From: a virus
Taxonomy: Duplodnaviria > Caudoviricetes
DNA length: 47,404 nucleotides
IMG/VR virus record: IMGVR_UViG_3300014208_000061
Coordinates: 1-47,404 of that record
Reading direction: 5' to 3' (one strand)
Below the pieces are notes generated by a model. It saw only the letters and a list, made by a program, of their open reading frames with translations. It was not told the origin of the DNA and did not search any database. Shown piece after piece: positions 28,478-37,734 of this stretch. The stretch's first letter is position 1. Every line of letters begins with the position of its first letter. A program made the translations under genes and the position numbers.

Positions 28478-30918
28478 TGTACGTTCACAACATTTGTTAC
28501 GACTGACTTACCTACTCGATAATCATTCATGATTGGAACTATCTCGTACTGCAAATTTCCAGTATCATGCGATGTTAATGAATGAATGAATTGACAATGC
28601 CCTTGCTCAAATTCAGAATGTGCTTTACCAACGACAGTCTTAACACCAAGAACATTTTTCATGATCAAAAAATGATCTACCTGATCTATTGCACCGTTAA
28701 TCTTCCATGATACAACAATCATGTTATCATTGTATCTAGATGCAATCGAATTCGTAATTGATGCTTGTTCAACGTCAAATGAAACCTCGACAGACGTTGT
28801 TGACCCAACTTCACCATACATCATTTGTTCTTTCCCAAATTTTGTGGCTGCGCCTATTGAAGAAACTATCGTTCCTTTTTTTAGGGTCAATGGATGTAGA
28901 TGTTTTGATGGCTTAAATTTGTATGCCTTCTTTGTGTTAACATCAATTTTTTCTAATGTTCTAGAATCAAATAATGTTTCTGGGTTTCTTAACAATGGCG
29001 TTATTTCGTATCTGTATTTGTGACCCATCTTCAGCGGTTCGACAGAATTGTTTGGCGCAAAGTCTACGTCAGAAAACTGAGTTTCTGATATGACACCGAA
29101 ATCGTTAACAACACCCGTGGATAAATCAATTCTTTTGACGTTGTGTGCTATTAACGATTTCAATGAATCACGTTCAGACAACACGGCATCCTTATACAAG
29201 TCATATGAGCCTTGTGATTGTAATAGTTTTTTGATTGTGTCAAGATGACCATCTAATAGATCGGTTGAAATTGCAAATTGTGTATTCGGTTTACCGATGG
29301 AAGAAATCACCACATTATTTGCATTTACGTTAACTTTACCTTGTTCCTGTTTTATACGTTCAAAAATAGCGTAGCCAACTATTTTTGAAATTCCTGTTCT
29401 ATACGTTAATCTAACGGCATATTCATAAACACAATCATCAAATACGTTTTGATCAATTGTTGATACGTAATCTAGTCCTCTTGTTGGTTCATCGATCAGA
29501 TGAATTACGGATTCAACTGCTGAATACGTTTTTTCAAATATTGATGCATTTCTAACCATGAATTGAACTGAAATGACATCGAATGGAATCTTTCGAATTT
29601 CAAGTTTGGCACCAGAATCAATTGATGAAATTGTCAATGATACGGATGATGCAAGAACGTAATTAGACGGGCCAACTATTACATTTGTGTATTCAAATCC
29701 TAACGTTCCATCATTGGTAGGAACAACTCTGTACACAAATGTTGAATTTTTTGGGTTATCAACCTGAATAAGCAATGTTTTTTGTTTACTCGTCACATTG
29801 AACTCGCCTATGAGTTCATAATCATTCGATCCAGGTTCGACCATCGATATGATTTTTTTGAAGAGCTTTATTCCGGTCGCGGTTTCATCCAGTTGTCGTA
29901 TTTCTAGATTTGTTTTTGTTGAGATGTCTGATTTACAAACATTAACGATTGGAGCAATGCGCGGAATTTTAAATAATTGAATGTGTTTTGTGACATCAAG
30001 TTGTTTCAACACTGAATCTAAACTCAACCCAGATTTTGAATCCACGAGGTCAATCTTCACCAAAAGTGAATAATTTTCACTTCCATCGATGATAAATGCT
30101 GAATTTGGTATTTTTACAACAACGTTGTTTCTAACGTTCGGATCAGTAACAACTGTCGCTACTTGAACATACGATTGTTCTGATAGTCCATCGGTATTTG
30201 TTTTTCTTGCTGAATGAACGAACGAATTTAGCAATTTTGTCGAAGAACCTGTTTCTACTTCTTGTCCACGCGATTTTCTTAATGTTCCTTGAAATGAATT
30301 TTCAGCCGTATAACTTCTATGCGTTAACGTTGAAATGCTTGAAGGATCAATGCCTTGTCTGACAATCATATCCTGCATTAAATACGATGCAGAGTCCTTG
30401 TAGGATGATGAACTGTTGTTCATCTCATTCATAAATGAATGTGCTTGCAAATTCAAAACGGGTTTCACATCAACGGTTGATTTAATGGTTGAAGCTGGTA
30501 CGAGAACCAATTTCGTTTTTTTCAATTGTTGTATCGATTCGGTTGGAATTCCTTTTTTTATTTGACTGATTATTTCATTGTTTACGCTAGAAAGAACATT
30601 GTTGTTTTTGTTAGCAACGATGAATTTTTCCTGTTGTTTGATGGAATCTTTTTCATCGATAGTTTGTCTCAATATCGTTTTGATTACGTCGGCATTGGTT
30701 GTATTTTTTGAATGTATTATTCGAGATACAGTTTTCTTGTCTACGATTTTTGATAGAACTTTTACATTAACAATCGTTGCGTTTGATCTGATTGCATCAA
30801 TTGAAGAAATTTCGTATTTGAATGAAAATGTAACGGAATCATCATCGATGGAAATAAGTGAAGCGAACGTATCATCAACCTTTAGTAGGCCGTTTTTCTT
30901 GTCAAATTTAAAGTACAT
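28474..30918 (-). CDS. large hypothetical virion protein (Ig/FN3-like beta domains)
   Basis: 814 aa; repeated Y-x-Y-x-V beta motifs (FVYRVVP, YEYAVR, YRYEITP, YEIVP). Confidence 0.68.
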   Translation of the reverse strand: MYFKFDKKNGLLKVDDTFASLISIDDDSVTFSFKYEISSIDAIRSNATIVNVKVLSKIVDKKTVSRIIHSKNTTNADVIKTILRQTIDEKDSIKQQEKFIVANKNNNVLSSVNNEIISQIKKGIPTESIQQLKKTKLVLVPASTIKSTVDVKPVLNLQAHSFMNEMNNSSSSYKDSASYLMQDMIVRQGIDPSSISTLTHRSYTAENSFQGTLRKSRGQEVETGSSTKLLNSFVHSARKTNTDGLSEQSYVQVATVVTDPNVRNNVVVKIPNSAFIIDGSENYSLLVKIDLVDSKSGLSLDSVLKQLDVTKHIQLFKIPRIAPIVNVCKSDISTKTNLEIRQLDETATGIKLFKKIISMVEPGSNDYELIGEFNVTSKQKTLLIQVDNPKNSTFVYRVVPTNDGTLGFEYTNVIVGPSNYVLASSVSLTISSIDSGAKLEIRKIPFDVISVQFMVRNASIFEKTYSAVESVIHLIDEPTRGLDYVSTIDQNVFDDCVYEYAVRLTYRTGISKIVGYAIFERIKQEQGKVNVNANNVVISSIGKPNTQFAISTDLLDGHLDTIKKLLQSQGSYDLYKDAVLSERDSLKSLIAHNVKRIDLSTGVVNDFGVISETQFSDVDFAPNNSVEPLKMGHKYRYEITPLLRNPETLFDSRTLEKIDVNTKKAYKFKPSKHLHPLTLKKGTIVSSIGAATKFGKEQMMYGEVGSTTSVEVSFDVEQASITNSIASRYNDNMIVVSWKINGAIDQVDHFLIMKNVLGVKTVVGKAHSEFEQGHCQFIHSLTSHDTGNLQYEIVPIMNDYRVGKSVVTNVVNVQ

Positions 30919-30919
30919 G

Positions 30920-31900
30920 TCAACCGAATACTAACGTAAAAAGATGTACGAACGTTGTAACGTTCCTTGAGTCAATTAAGACCTTTCCAACAAAAAACGC
31001 ATGTTTTGTTGATGACTTTACGGTAAATTTTCCATAATCAACAACATCCAATTTTTTAAGCGTGTCGGTCCCTATCTCAAAAAGTTGCCCAATCAGGTTG
31101 TTTGATCTAGACGTTGGATCAAATGTTATTGTCTTACAGAGACCCAATTTTTCTAAGAATGACAACTCACGTTGAAGTTGATTTCCAGATAATTTACTTG
31201 CTCGCGTTGCAGTTAACGATCTATAATTGCCTATTGGCTTTAATTTTGAACTATCACTCTGCCGTGATAATTTGTTGACTGGTGGCATGAACTTGAAATT
31301 CTTAGAATTTGAAAATCTAACATCGCTATACATTCCTTCAAGTTCATCGATGTTCATCGATTTTGATGCATCATCCTTGATGGGATGTTCATCAGTTATC
31401 GTAAACGTTATGTTTTTATTCCCAATTTTGAAATTTTCATCCTCAAAAATGTTATCCTTTGTTGCAACTATCCGCAATCGACCAAAGTTATCAAGTGAAG
31501 ACGTCAACAAACCTTCAGCAGTTGAAAAAAATTGTTCACCAGATAGCATCTGGAGGCTCTCAGATGACCCAGAAAAAATGGATGCTGATGGAGGTGTAAA
31601 TATATACCGATACACGTTGCCATCTTTTAGGGCAACGTCGTTCACCGATGCAAATGGGTTAATTCGGCCAGCGTCATTTGCTTCAAAGGCGATCTGATCC
31701 TGTGGGAGATTGCAATTTTCTAGGTAAATTCGATTTGTTGCATCGGATGATCCGCTTGATACGTCCGATTCATAAAATGTTGCTGCATCCGTGAATGAAA
31801 CGTATTCAATCTTTAATTTTCCATTTGCGATCTGTCGACGACCTTCAAGAGTCAAGGACGTATCCATGATTCGAGTTTTGTTATCGAGTATTCCGCTCAT
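30920..31900 (-). CDS. virion structural protein, N-terminus related to 21851..22567
   Basis: MSGILD...MDTSLTLEGRRQIA...YVSFTD aligns with MGFLD...LDCVITDTGRQFLA...KFALAD. Confidence 0.7.
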   Translation of the reverse strand: MSGILDNKTRIMDTSLTLEGRRQIANGKLKIEYVSFTDAATFYESDVSSGSSDATNRIYLENCNLPQDQIAFEANDAGRINPFASVNDVALKDGNVYRYIFTPPSASIFSGSSESLQMLSGEQFFSTAEGLLTSSLDNFGRLRIVATKDNIFEDENFKIGNKNITFTITDEHPIKDDASKSMNIDELEGMYSDVRFSNSKNFKFMPPVNKLSRQSDSSKLKPIGNYRSLTATRASKLSGNQLQRELSFLEKLGLCKTITFDPTSRSNNLIGQLFEIGTDTLKKLDVVDYGKFTVKSSTKHAFFVGKVLIDSRNVTTFVHLFTLVFG

Positions 31901-31979
31901 GGTAGAATTATATGATCTTACACAAAGAATAGCCTTTAACGTTTAGCGTTTAACAAACGTGCTTGCTTCATGTTATTCT

Positions 31980-33374
31980 TCAAAGAATCTTTGATGCTAA
32001 CGTAGCCAGAGGACTACGCTCACCTTTCAACAACGTAATGTGGCCAGCTATCGGATAATCCTTGAATTTTTCAACAGCATACGTTAATCCATTGGTAAAT
32101 GCGTCAACGTGTGAATTATCAATTTGCTCAATATCACCCGTTAAAACAACCTTCGTTCCTTCGCTAACTCGAGTAACTATCGTCTTAAGTTCATGGGCGG
32201 TGAGATTCTGAGCTTCATCAATCAACAAGAACGCATTTGGTATCGATCGACCTCTGATGAATGTAATTGCCTCAATTTCAATGAGACCTTTTTCCTGCAT
32301 TAGGGAAAAATACGCGTTATCATCATAAATTTTTCCAGCCGTTTTCCTCTTGATTGAATTTGATCTATTCCCATTCATCAAGAATCCAAAATTATCCTTG
32401 ATTGGTGAGATCCAGGGTTCCATTTTTTCCTGCATCGTACCGGGTAAAAATCCGATATCTTTTCCAACTGGCTGAACGGGTCTTAAAACTATCATCTTAT
32501 CGTATTTGGCGACTGATGGATTGCCAACACCACGAAGTTGTTCGAGTCCGGCAGCAATTGCAAGAATGCTTTTTCCACAACCGGCCTGCCCAGTTAGCGT
32601 TAACAACTTGACATTTTCATCAAATAAAAGATCCAATGAAAATCCTTGTTCTTTATTTCTCGCCTTTAGACCAAATGCATTTTCGACCTTTTTGACAGGC
32701 ACAACTAACGCATTATTGGTGGGACCATCTGACAAACACTTTGAAATTGCTGATTTGATCGTTTGACCATTTTTGACGGACTTCATAACAACGATCTGAT
32801 TCGGAAACAATTTTTCATTTTTCAAAATTTCGGGTGTCAATAAAACAGACTCAGTTTCAAAGAACGAATCTATCACATCATCATCCACTTCAACGACAGT
32901 CACACCTCGATACAATTTTTTCGTGTCATCTGTGACACGCATTTTTTTGTAATCTTCCGATAGGATTCCAAGAGCATCACACTTTAAACGAACGTTAATG
33001 TCCTTTGACACCAGGATGCAATCAGCATTTTGCTTCATTTTCAACATGAACAGAATGATCATGTTATCAACCTTTGAATCACCTAATTCTTGTGGTAATT
33101 CATTAATTCCGCCTGCGGTGATTGGTGCTATCCGCAAAAATCCTCCATTGGGCAATTTAACGCCTGTGATAAGATTGCTTCCTTGCTGACGTAAGGCATC
33201 GAGCGTTCTGCTTATTTGCCTGGCATTTTTACCAACGTCATCCGCTCTATTCTTATGACGGTCTAATTCCTCAAGAACAAGGAGTGGAATTATGAGTTCA
33301 TTATCATCGAATGCAAAGAGACAATCTGAATCAGTAAGAAGAACATTCGTATCAAGAACGTAAGTTTTAACCAT
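31980..33374 (-). CDS. phoH: PIN-PhoH (PhoH2-type) protein
   Basis: PIN: YVLDTNVL, LEELD, DNMI, SKDINVR; PhoH: GQAGCGKS, DIGFLPG, IRGRS, DEAQN, GDIEQID. Confidence 0.93.
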   Translation of the reverse strand: MVKTYVLDTNVLLTDSDCLFAFDDNELIIPLLVLEELDRHKNRADDVGKNARQISRTLDALRQQGSNLITGVKLPNGGFLRIAPITAGGINELPQELGDSKVDNMIILFMLKMKQNADCILVSKDINVRLKCDALGILSEDYKKMRVTDDTKKLYRGVTVVEVDDDVIDSFFETESVLLTPEILKNEKLFPNQIVVMKSVKNGQTIKSAISKCLSDGPTNNALVVPVKKVENAFGLKARNKEQGFSLDLLFDENVKLLTLTGQAGCGKSILAIAAGLEQLRGVGNPSVAKYDKMIVLRPVQPVGKDIGFLPGTMQEKMEPWISPIKDNFGFLMNGNRSNSIKRKTAGKIYDDNAYFSLMQEKGLIEIEAITFIRGRSIPNAFLLIDEAQNLTAHELKTIVTRVSEGTKVVLTGDIEQIDNSHVDAFTNGLTYAVEKFKDYPIAGHITLLKGERSPLATLASKIL

Positions 33375-33431
33375 TAGAATCTTTCTTGTTTGTAGATCTA
33401 CGAATTTGTTGCTAGAATTGTATATCCGACG

Positions 33432-33725
33432 ATGGAAGACGACAAACGTAAACTCAAGTTGATTAACACAAACGTAATTTCAGGCACAACTTGTTATGCT
33501 GAACATAACAACTATGGTGTCGATTGTAACCGTAGAAGTTGCAAGCAGTGGATACAAAACGCTTCGGGACACAATTGCGTTTTAATATCCGCCCAAAATG
33601 GTAGACATACGTTGCAACAAATTGGAGAAATTTACGGTTTATCAAGAATGAGAGTCTGTCAAATTGAAAAAAACATTTTAGAAATGCTCAAAATTAAAAG
33701 CATGTCAAACAAATTCGATCATTGA
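33432..33725 (+). CDS. stand-alone sigma70 region-4-like HTH protein with Cys-rich N-terminus
   Basis: TLQQIGEIYGLSRMRVCQIEKNIL resembles sigma region 4.2 (TLEEIG..FGVTRERVRQIE). Confidence 0.78.
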   Translation: MEDDKRKLKLINTNVISGTTCYAEHNNYGVDCNRRSCKQWIQNASGHNCVLISAQNGRHTLQQIGEIYGLSRMRVCQIEKNILEMLKIKSMSNKFDH

Positions 33726-33991
33726 TCTGAATGATCTTCTGTTTTCTTTGATTTTTTGGCTGGTTTTTCCTTAACGGGCTTATCAGCAACTTCACTCTTA
33801 ACTTCTTCTGCAGGAATTTCTTCCTGAATGTCATTTTGAATTGTTTGTTCAGAAACAACAACTTCCTGTTCATCGACTATTGGAATCACAGGTGGTGCGA
33901 GACGACCTGACGCTTTTATATTTTTGTGTGCATGATCATGACTAAGACCAAATTCATGTATGTCAGATAAAACCGCTCGTGGTGCTGGCAT
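33719..33991 (-). CDS. hypothetical protein, charged low-complexity C-terminus
   Basis: GAGGA RBS; 90 aa. Confidence 0.65.
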   Translation of the reverse strand: MPAPRAVLSDIHEFGLSHDHAHKNIKASGRLAPPVIPIVDEQEVVVSEQTIQNDIQEEIPAEEVKSEVADKPVKEKPAKKSKKTEDHSDQ

Positions 33992-34021
33992 TGTTCCTCG
34001 TTCATAACTAGTACGAAATAA

Positions 34022-34052
34022 ATGAAAGCCTCCAAAATTTGGAGGCTTTCAT
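34022..34052 (-). terminator. intrinsic terminator downstream of Hc1-like gene
   Basis: Perfect 15-bp inverted repeat ATGAAAGCCTCCAAA/TTTGGAGGCTTTCAT, followed on the minus strand by TTATTT. Confidence 0.8.
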
Positions 34053-34068
34053 CAACACACATTGTCGA

Positions 34069-34317
34069 TCAAACTGCTGAAGGTTCTGAACTTGGCTTTG
34101 CTTTTCGTTCAGCCTTCAAAAGCTTTCGCTCCTTTTCAAGATCCAACGTAAACTTTTTTAAGGCCTTCAACTTAAGGTTCAACTCCTTGAGACCCTTTCT
34201 TGCTCGAGCACCAGCGGCAGCAGTGCCTGCTAACTGCTTTTCAAGATCTAGATCAACGGACTCAACAAGTCCCTTTACATCGGCCCACGTACCAGCTAAA
34301 TTATCTTGTAATGACAT
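34069..34317 (-). CDS. histone H1-like (Hc1 family) protein
   Basis: DLEKQLAGTAAAGARARKGLKEL motif, Lys/Arg-rich; GAGGT RBS. Confidence 0.75.
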   Translation of the reverse strand: MSLQDNLAGTWADVKGLVESVDLDLEKQLAGTAAAGARARKGLKELNLKLKALKKFTLDLEKERKLLKAERKAKPSSEPSAV

Positions 34318-34365
34318 CTGAGATTTACCTCAACTAAAATGTATGGTATCGTATCACGGTGTAAA

Positions 34366-36027
34366 TTATTTCTTTATCGATGCAACAAAATCCTCTGGAA
34401 ACATGGATGAATTCTTTGTAAAGAATAGATCCCAATCAGAATCAAGGATGTATGAAATTGCATGATCATTTTCAGATCTGATAGATCTTCCCAAGGATTG
34501 AATGACTGTTTTTGCAGTCATGTAAACGTACCACTTACTGTCACGTTCCATCTTTTTTTTCACCATCACATCACCCAAATAAGGAAATGGGACCTTACAG
34601 ATGATTTGAAATCTGCTAGCATCATCAGCAAGATTAACGCCTTCTGACATTGAAGGAGAAATTAGGACTGTTGGTTCCTTTGATGACAAGTGTAATTTAA
34701 GAATTTCTTCTCTATTGATAGAATCATGAATCAAAAGACGATTTGAGCGTAGATTTTGGACGATATGATTTGCAACTTTGAATGAAACGCAATGAATAAT
34801 TCCTTTATCATCAGCATGTTGTTCAAGTAACATTTTGATAGCTTCTGTCATTATTGGCAATGTTTGCTCAATGTTATTCTTTGACATGCTCCCTACGGGC
34901 ATATAATGAATCGGTTTATTTTCAACATCAAATGGAGATGCTGCTCTCATGTAAGCGACATCCTGCTTCTTTATTCCAAGTGATCGACAAAATACATCAT
35001 TATCGACAATCGTTGCAGATAACATCAAAACTCTTTCACCAAATTTGAACAACGTTTCATCGCTATCATTCGATAAATCAATTGGTTTGAATTCGTATTT
35101 TTTGTTATTTTTTCCCGATTCGTACGCAGATACGTTCATGATCCAATTTTTCTTATCATAACCGTCTATGAATCTGTTTACTTTACAAATGTGCTTGTCC
35201 AACGATTCATATTTTTTGCTGAGTTCTGAGAACTTGTCCATGTCGGAATTTTCATTCATGGATTCAATCGTTGACAACAACGTTTTGATGTGCTTTGTTA
35301 GAGCAGGCTTATATTTTTGTTTTACCCACTTAAAGATGATGTCATCATCATCTTGGTTAGGTCGTTTAACGTTTAACACATCATTTGCAAATTTTGTCGA
35401 AAAAACAATCGAAATAAATTTTGCTAACTCAGCTTCAGTATTATGAGCTTCATCAATGATGAGTAATCCACGTGGCGTCAATTTTTTAGCGTACATGGTT
35501 TCAGCTAGAAAATACGAATAATTCGTAATTCCAAGACTTGCATTCATGAAGTTTGATTTTTCAACCGCATAAACGCACTTTTTACTTGAACACGATGATG
35601 CAAAAGCTGTATCACTAAAGTGTTTTTTCAACGTTGTCAACAATCTTCTTGATTCACCACAGGATTGTTCCTTGTAGTATCCACAGGTGTAATTTGAACT
35701 TGATTTAATCGACACAAGGGGATCAATTCCAACACCAAAATCCGTCATGTATTGATCTTGCAATAATTTTTGCGTTGTGAGGATGTAAGCGTCACCGTTA
35801 ACTCTATCAAGAGAATTTAGAAATCTAGCGATTGCTACACCGATCGCTGATTTACCAACACCGGTTCCTAGCTCAAGAACAACAAATTTCTTTTTGTCGT
35901 TCAAATAAGCATTTAATGCAAAATTGATGGCATCAATTTGTTCGTTACGGGGTTCCTTAAACGGAAAGAACTTTGCCCATAGATCATGTGTTATTTGCAT
36001 CGATGTTTTTTGATCATACAACGACAT
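34366..36027 (-). CDS. DinG/XPD-family SF2 helicase
   Basis: PRNEQ Q-motif, GTGVGKS, Cys cluster, IIDEAH, MLSAT, SEGVNL, KVPFP, QSLGRSIR; start uncertain (36000-36051). Confidence 0.9.
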   Translation of the reverse strand: MSLYDQKTSMQITHDLWAKFFPFKEPRNEQIDAINFALNAYLNDKKKFVVLELGTGVGKSAIGVAIARFLNSLDRVNGDAYILTTQKLLQDQYMTDFGVGIDPLVSIKSSSNYTCGYYKEQSCGESRRLLTTLKKHFSDTAFASSCSSKKCVYAVEKSNFMNASLGITNYSYFLAETMYAKKLTPRGLLIIDEAHNTEAELAKFISIVFSTKFANDVLNVKRPNQDDDDIIFKWVKQKYKPALTKHIKTLLSTIESMNENSDMDKFSELSKKYESLDKHICKVNRFIDGYDKKNWIMNVSAYESGKNNKKYEFKPIDLSNDSDETLFKFGERVLMLSATIVDNDVFCRSLGIKKQDVAYMRAASPFDVENKPIHYMPVGSMSKNNIEQTLPIMTEAIKMLLEQHADDKGIIHCVSFKVANHIVQNLRSNRLLIHDSINREEILKLHLSSKEPTVLISPSMSEGVNLADDASRFQIICKVPFPYLGDVMVKKKMERDSKWYVYMTAKTVIQSLGRSIRSENDHAISYILDSDWDLFFTKNSSMFPEDFVASIKK

Positions 36028-36040
36028 GTCACAAAGAACA

Positions 36041-36652
36041 TCAGCCACCAATTAGGACATCTGCAACGCCAAGATCAATTGCTTCTTCCGCTGAAAGATA
36101 AACATCAAATCCCGATGACATATACTGTTGCAATTTTTTCTCCGACATCTTTGTTTCTTTTTTGAGACTTGCCACCAATTGACTTTGCAATCTCTTCATT
36201 TCAGTTACGTTCGCCAGCTGTTCAAATATATTTCCTTCATTACCACCTTTAACGGGATGAATCATGATCCTTGCATGTTTTCCGATCATCCTTTTACCTT
36301 TTACGCCTGCGGCAAGCAAAAGAACGCCCGCTGACATCACCTTTCCCAAAGCGACGGTATGAACCGGACACGGCAGGAACTTTATTGTATCGTAGAGACT
36401 AAACATTTCATCGATCGATCCTCCGTACGTTGATATCACAAGTTGAATTGGAAGATCTGATTGATTTGCGAGATACAACAATTGCATGATTACGTTTGCA
36501 ATTGAGTATTCATTCACCTCTCCGTGTAGATGAACAACTCGAGTTGAAATTTGTTGAATTTCAGGAGTTTGTCCTTCCATCGGCATATTTGCGACAACGA
36601 TGGATTCTGTTGATGATTTGATCGTAGTATCGGTTGTTATTGATCTTCCCAT
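36041..36652 (-). CDS. clpP: ClpP-like protease proteolytic subunit
   Basis: ISTYGGS, GKVMSAG (Ser), IMIHP (His), DVYLSAEEAIDLGVAD (Asp). Confidence 0.9.
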   Translation of the reverse strand: MGRSITTDTTIKSSTESIVVANMPMEGQTPEIQQISTRVVHLHGEVNEYSIANVIMQLLYLANQSDLPIQLVISTYGGSIDEMFSLYDTIKFLPCPVHTVALGKVMSAGVLLLAAGVKGKRMIGKHARIMIHPVKGGNEGNIFEQLANVTEMKRLQSQLVASLKKETKMSEKKLQQYMSSGFDVYLSAEEAIDLGVADVLIGG

Positions 36653-36653
36653 G

Positions 36654-36887
36654 TTAGTCTTTCTTTTGCGAAACAAAAAAGTCCTCACCACCGAGGTCAC
36701 GAACAAGCATTGACAACTCTCTTGAGTGTTCTAAATTTTCTAGTTCCATCGCTAAAAGATGGACGATAAACAATTTTTGTCTATCGTTGATCGCCATGTC
36801 GTTCAAGTCACGAACAATTCTACGACACAAATTATTTTCCTCAGCTAATTTTTCTGACTGAAGCGTTCCGTACACACGAGTTTCCAT
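36654..36887 (-). CDS. hypothetical protein
   Basis: 77 aa ORF tightly packed in operon. Confidence 0.65.
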   Translation of the reverse strand: METRVYGTLQSEKLAEENNLCRRIVRDLNDMAINDRQKLFIVHLLAMELENLEHSRELSMLVRDLGGEDFFVSQKKD

Positions 36888-36888
36888 G

Positions 36889-37359
36889 CTAATTTTCCTC
36901 GCTAATAAACGAATCTATCCTGAATAGATTTTCACCTAAAATCACTACGTATTTTCCCTGTTTGATCCCTTCGGCAGTATCAACGTTCAGAAGGATAAAA
37001 TTACCCCATTGTTTTTGTTCGATGATGAATCGAGCGGCTTCCCATGACGTTATATCAACGTCATTTGATTCAAAAATTGCAGCTAGCTGTGCTGGAATTG
37101 TTGTCTTGATCTCGTCAAGAGATAATAACGATGAAAGATGTTCCCGATTTGGGAGAATTTCTGATTTATTTATTTCTGATACCTTGTGAATGATTCCGCA
37201 ATTATTGCATTGCGCAAACTTCACAACAACTTGATTGTTGTCGTCAATGATTGAAAAAACAGGAAATTGATGTAACGGCGCATTTTTAACATGTTTGTAT
37301 TGAGGTAATGTGCACCTGCAACGTACCAAATGTTTTAGACCTTGCGGCATACTGTTCAA
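36889..37359 (-). CDS. hypothetical protein with CxC / CxxC..H motifs
   Basis: CRC...CNNCGIIH; start may be ATG 37350. Confidence 0.7.
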   Translation of the reverse strand: MNSMPQGLKHLVRCRCTLPQYKHVKNAPLHQFPVFSIIDDNNQVVVKFAQCNNCGIIHKVSEINKSEILPNREHLSSLLSLDEIKTTIPAQLAAIFESNDVDITSWEAARFIIEQKQWGNFILLNVDTAEGIKQGKYVVILGENLFRIDSFISEEN

Positions 37360-37407
37360 TTCAACTAAATAATGATTTCAATGACTTAAGTAAACCCGGC
37401 TTAACAT

Positions 37408-37683
37408 TCAACCCTTTTTTTTAGATGATTTCACACTTTCATTCGTGACAGATTCAACCAGATTTGAAAGACAACTATCGACGGATTTATTGAATGTTTT
37501 TGATGCATTATGATAGCCAGCATCGATCGATGTTCCAACTATCATCATCAATTTATCCAACTGTGATTTTTCCAACTTTAACGTTCCGTCGGACGACGCT
37601 TTCAATAAATTTGAAAATGTTACATCCTTGGAACTTTGAACAACGTCCCACGCAAGTTTCGCAATTTTATCTTTTTCGTTCAT
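37408..37683 (-). CDS. hypothetical protein
   Basis: ORF 37408..37722; ATG 37683 preceded by AGGGT. Confidence 0.6.
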   Translation of the reverse strand: MNEKDKIAKLAWDVVQSSKDVTFSNLLKASSDGTLKLEKSQLDKLMMIVGTSIDAGYHNASKTFNKSVDSCLSNLVESVTNESVKSSKKKG

Positions 37684-37734
37684 TGGGTACACCCTTCTGA
37701 AAAGGTAATTACTTATAGACAAACGTAAACAGGT

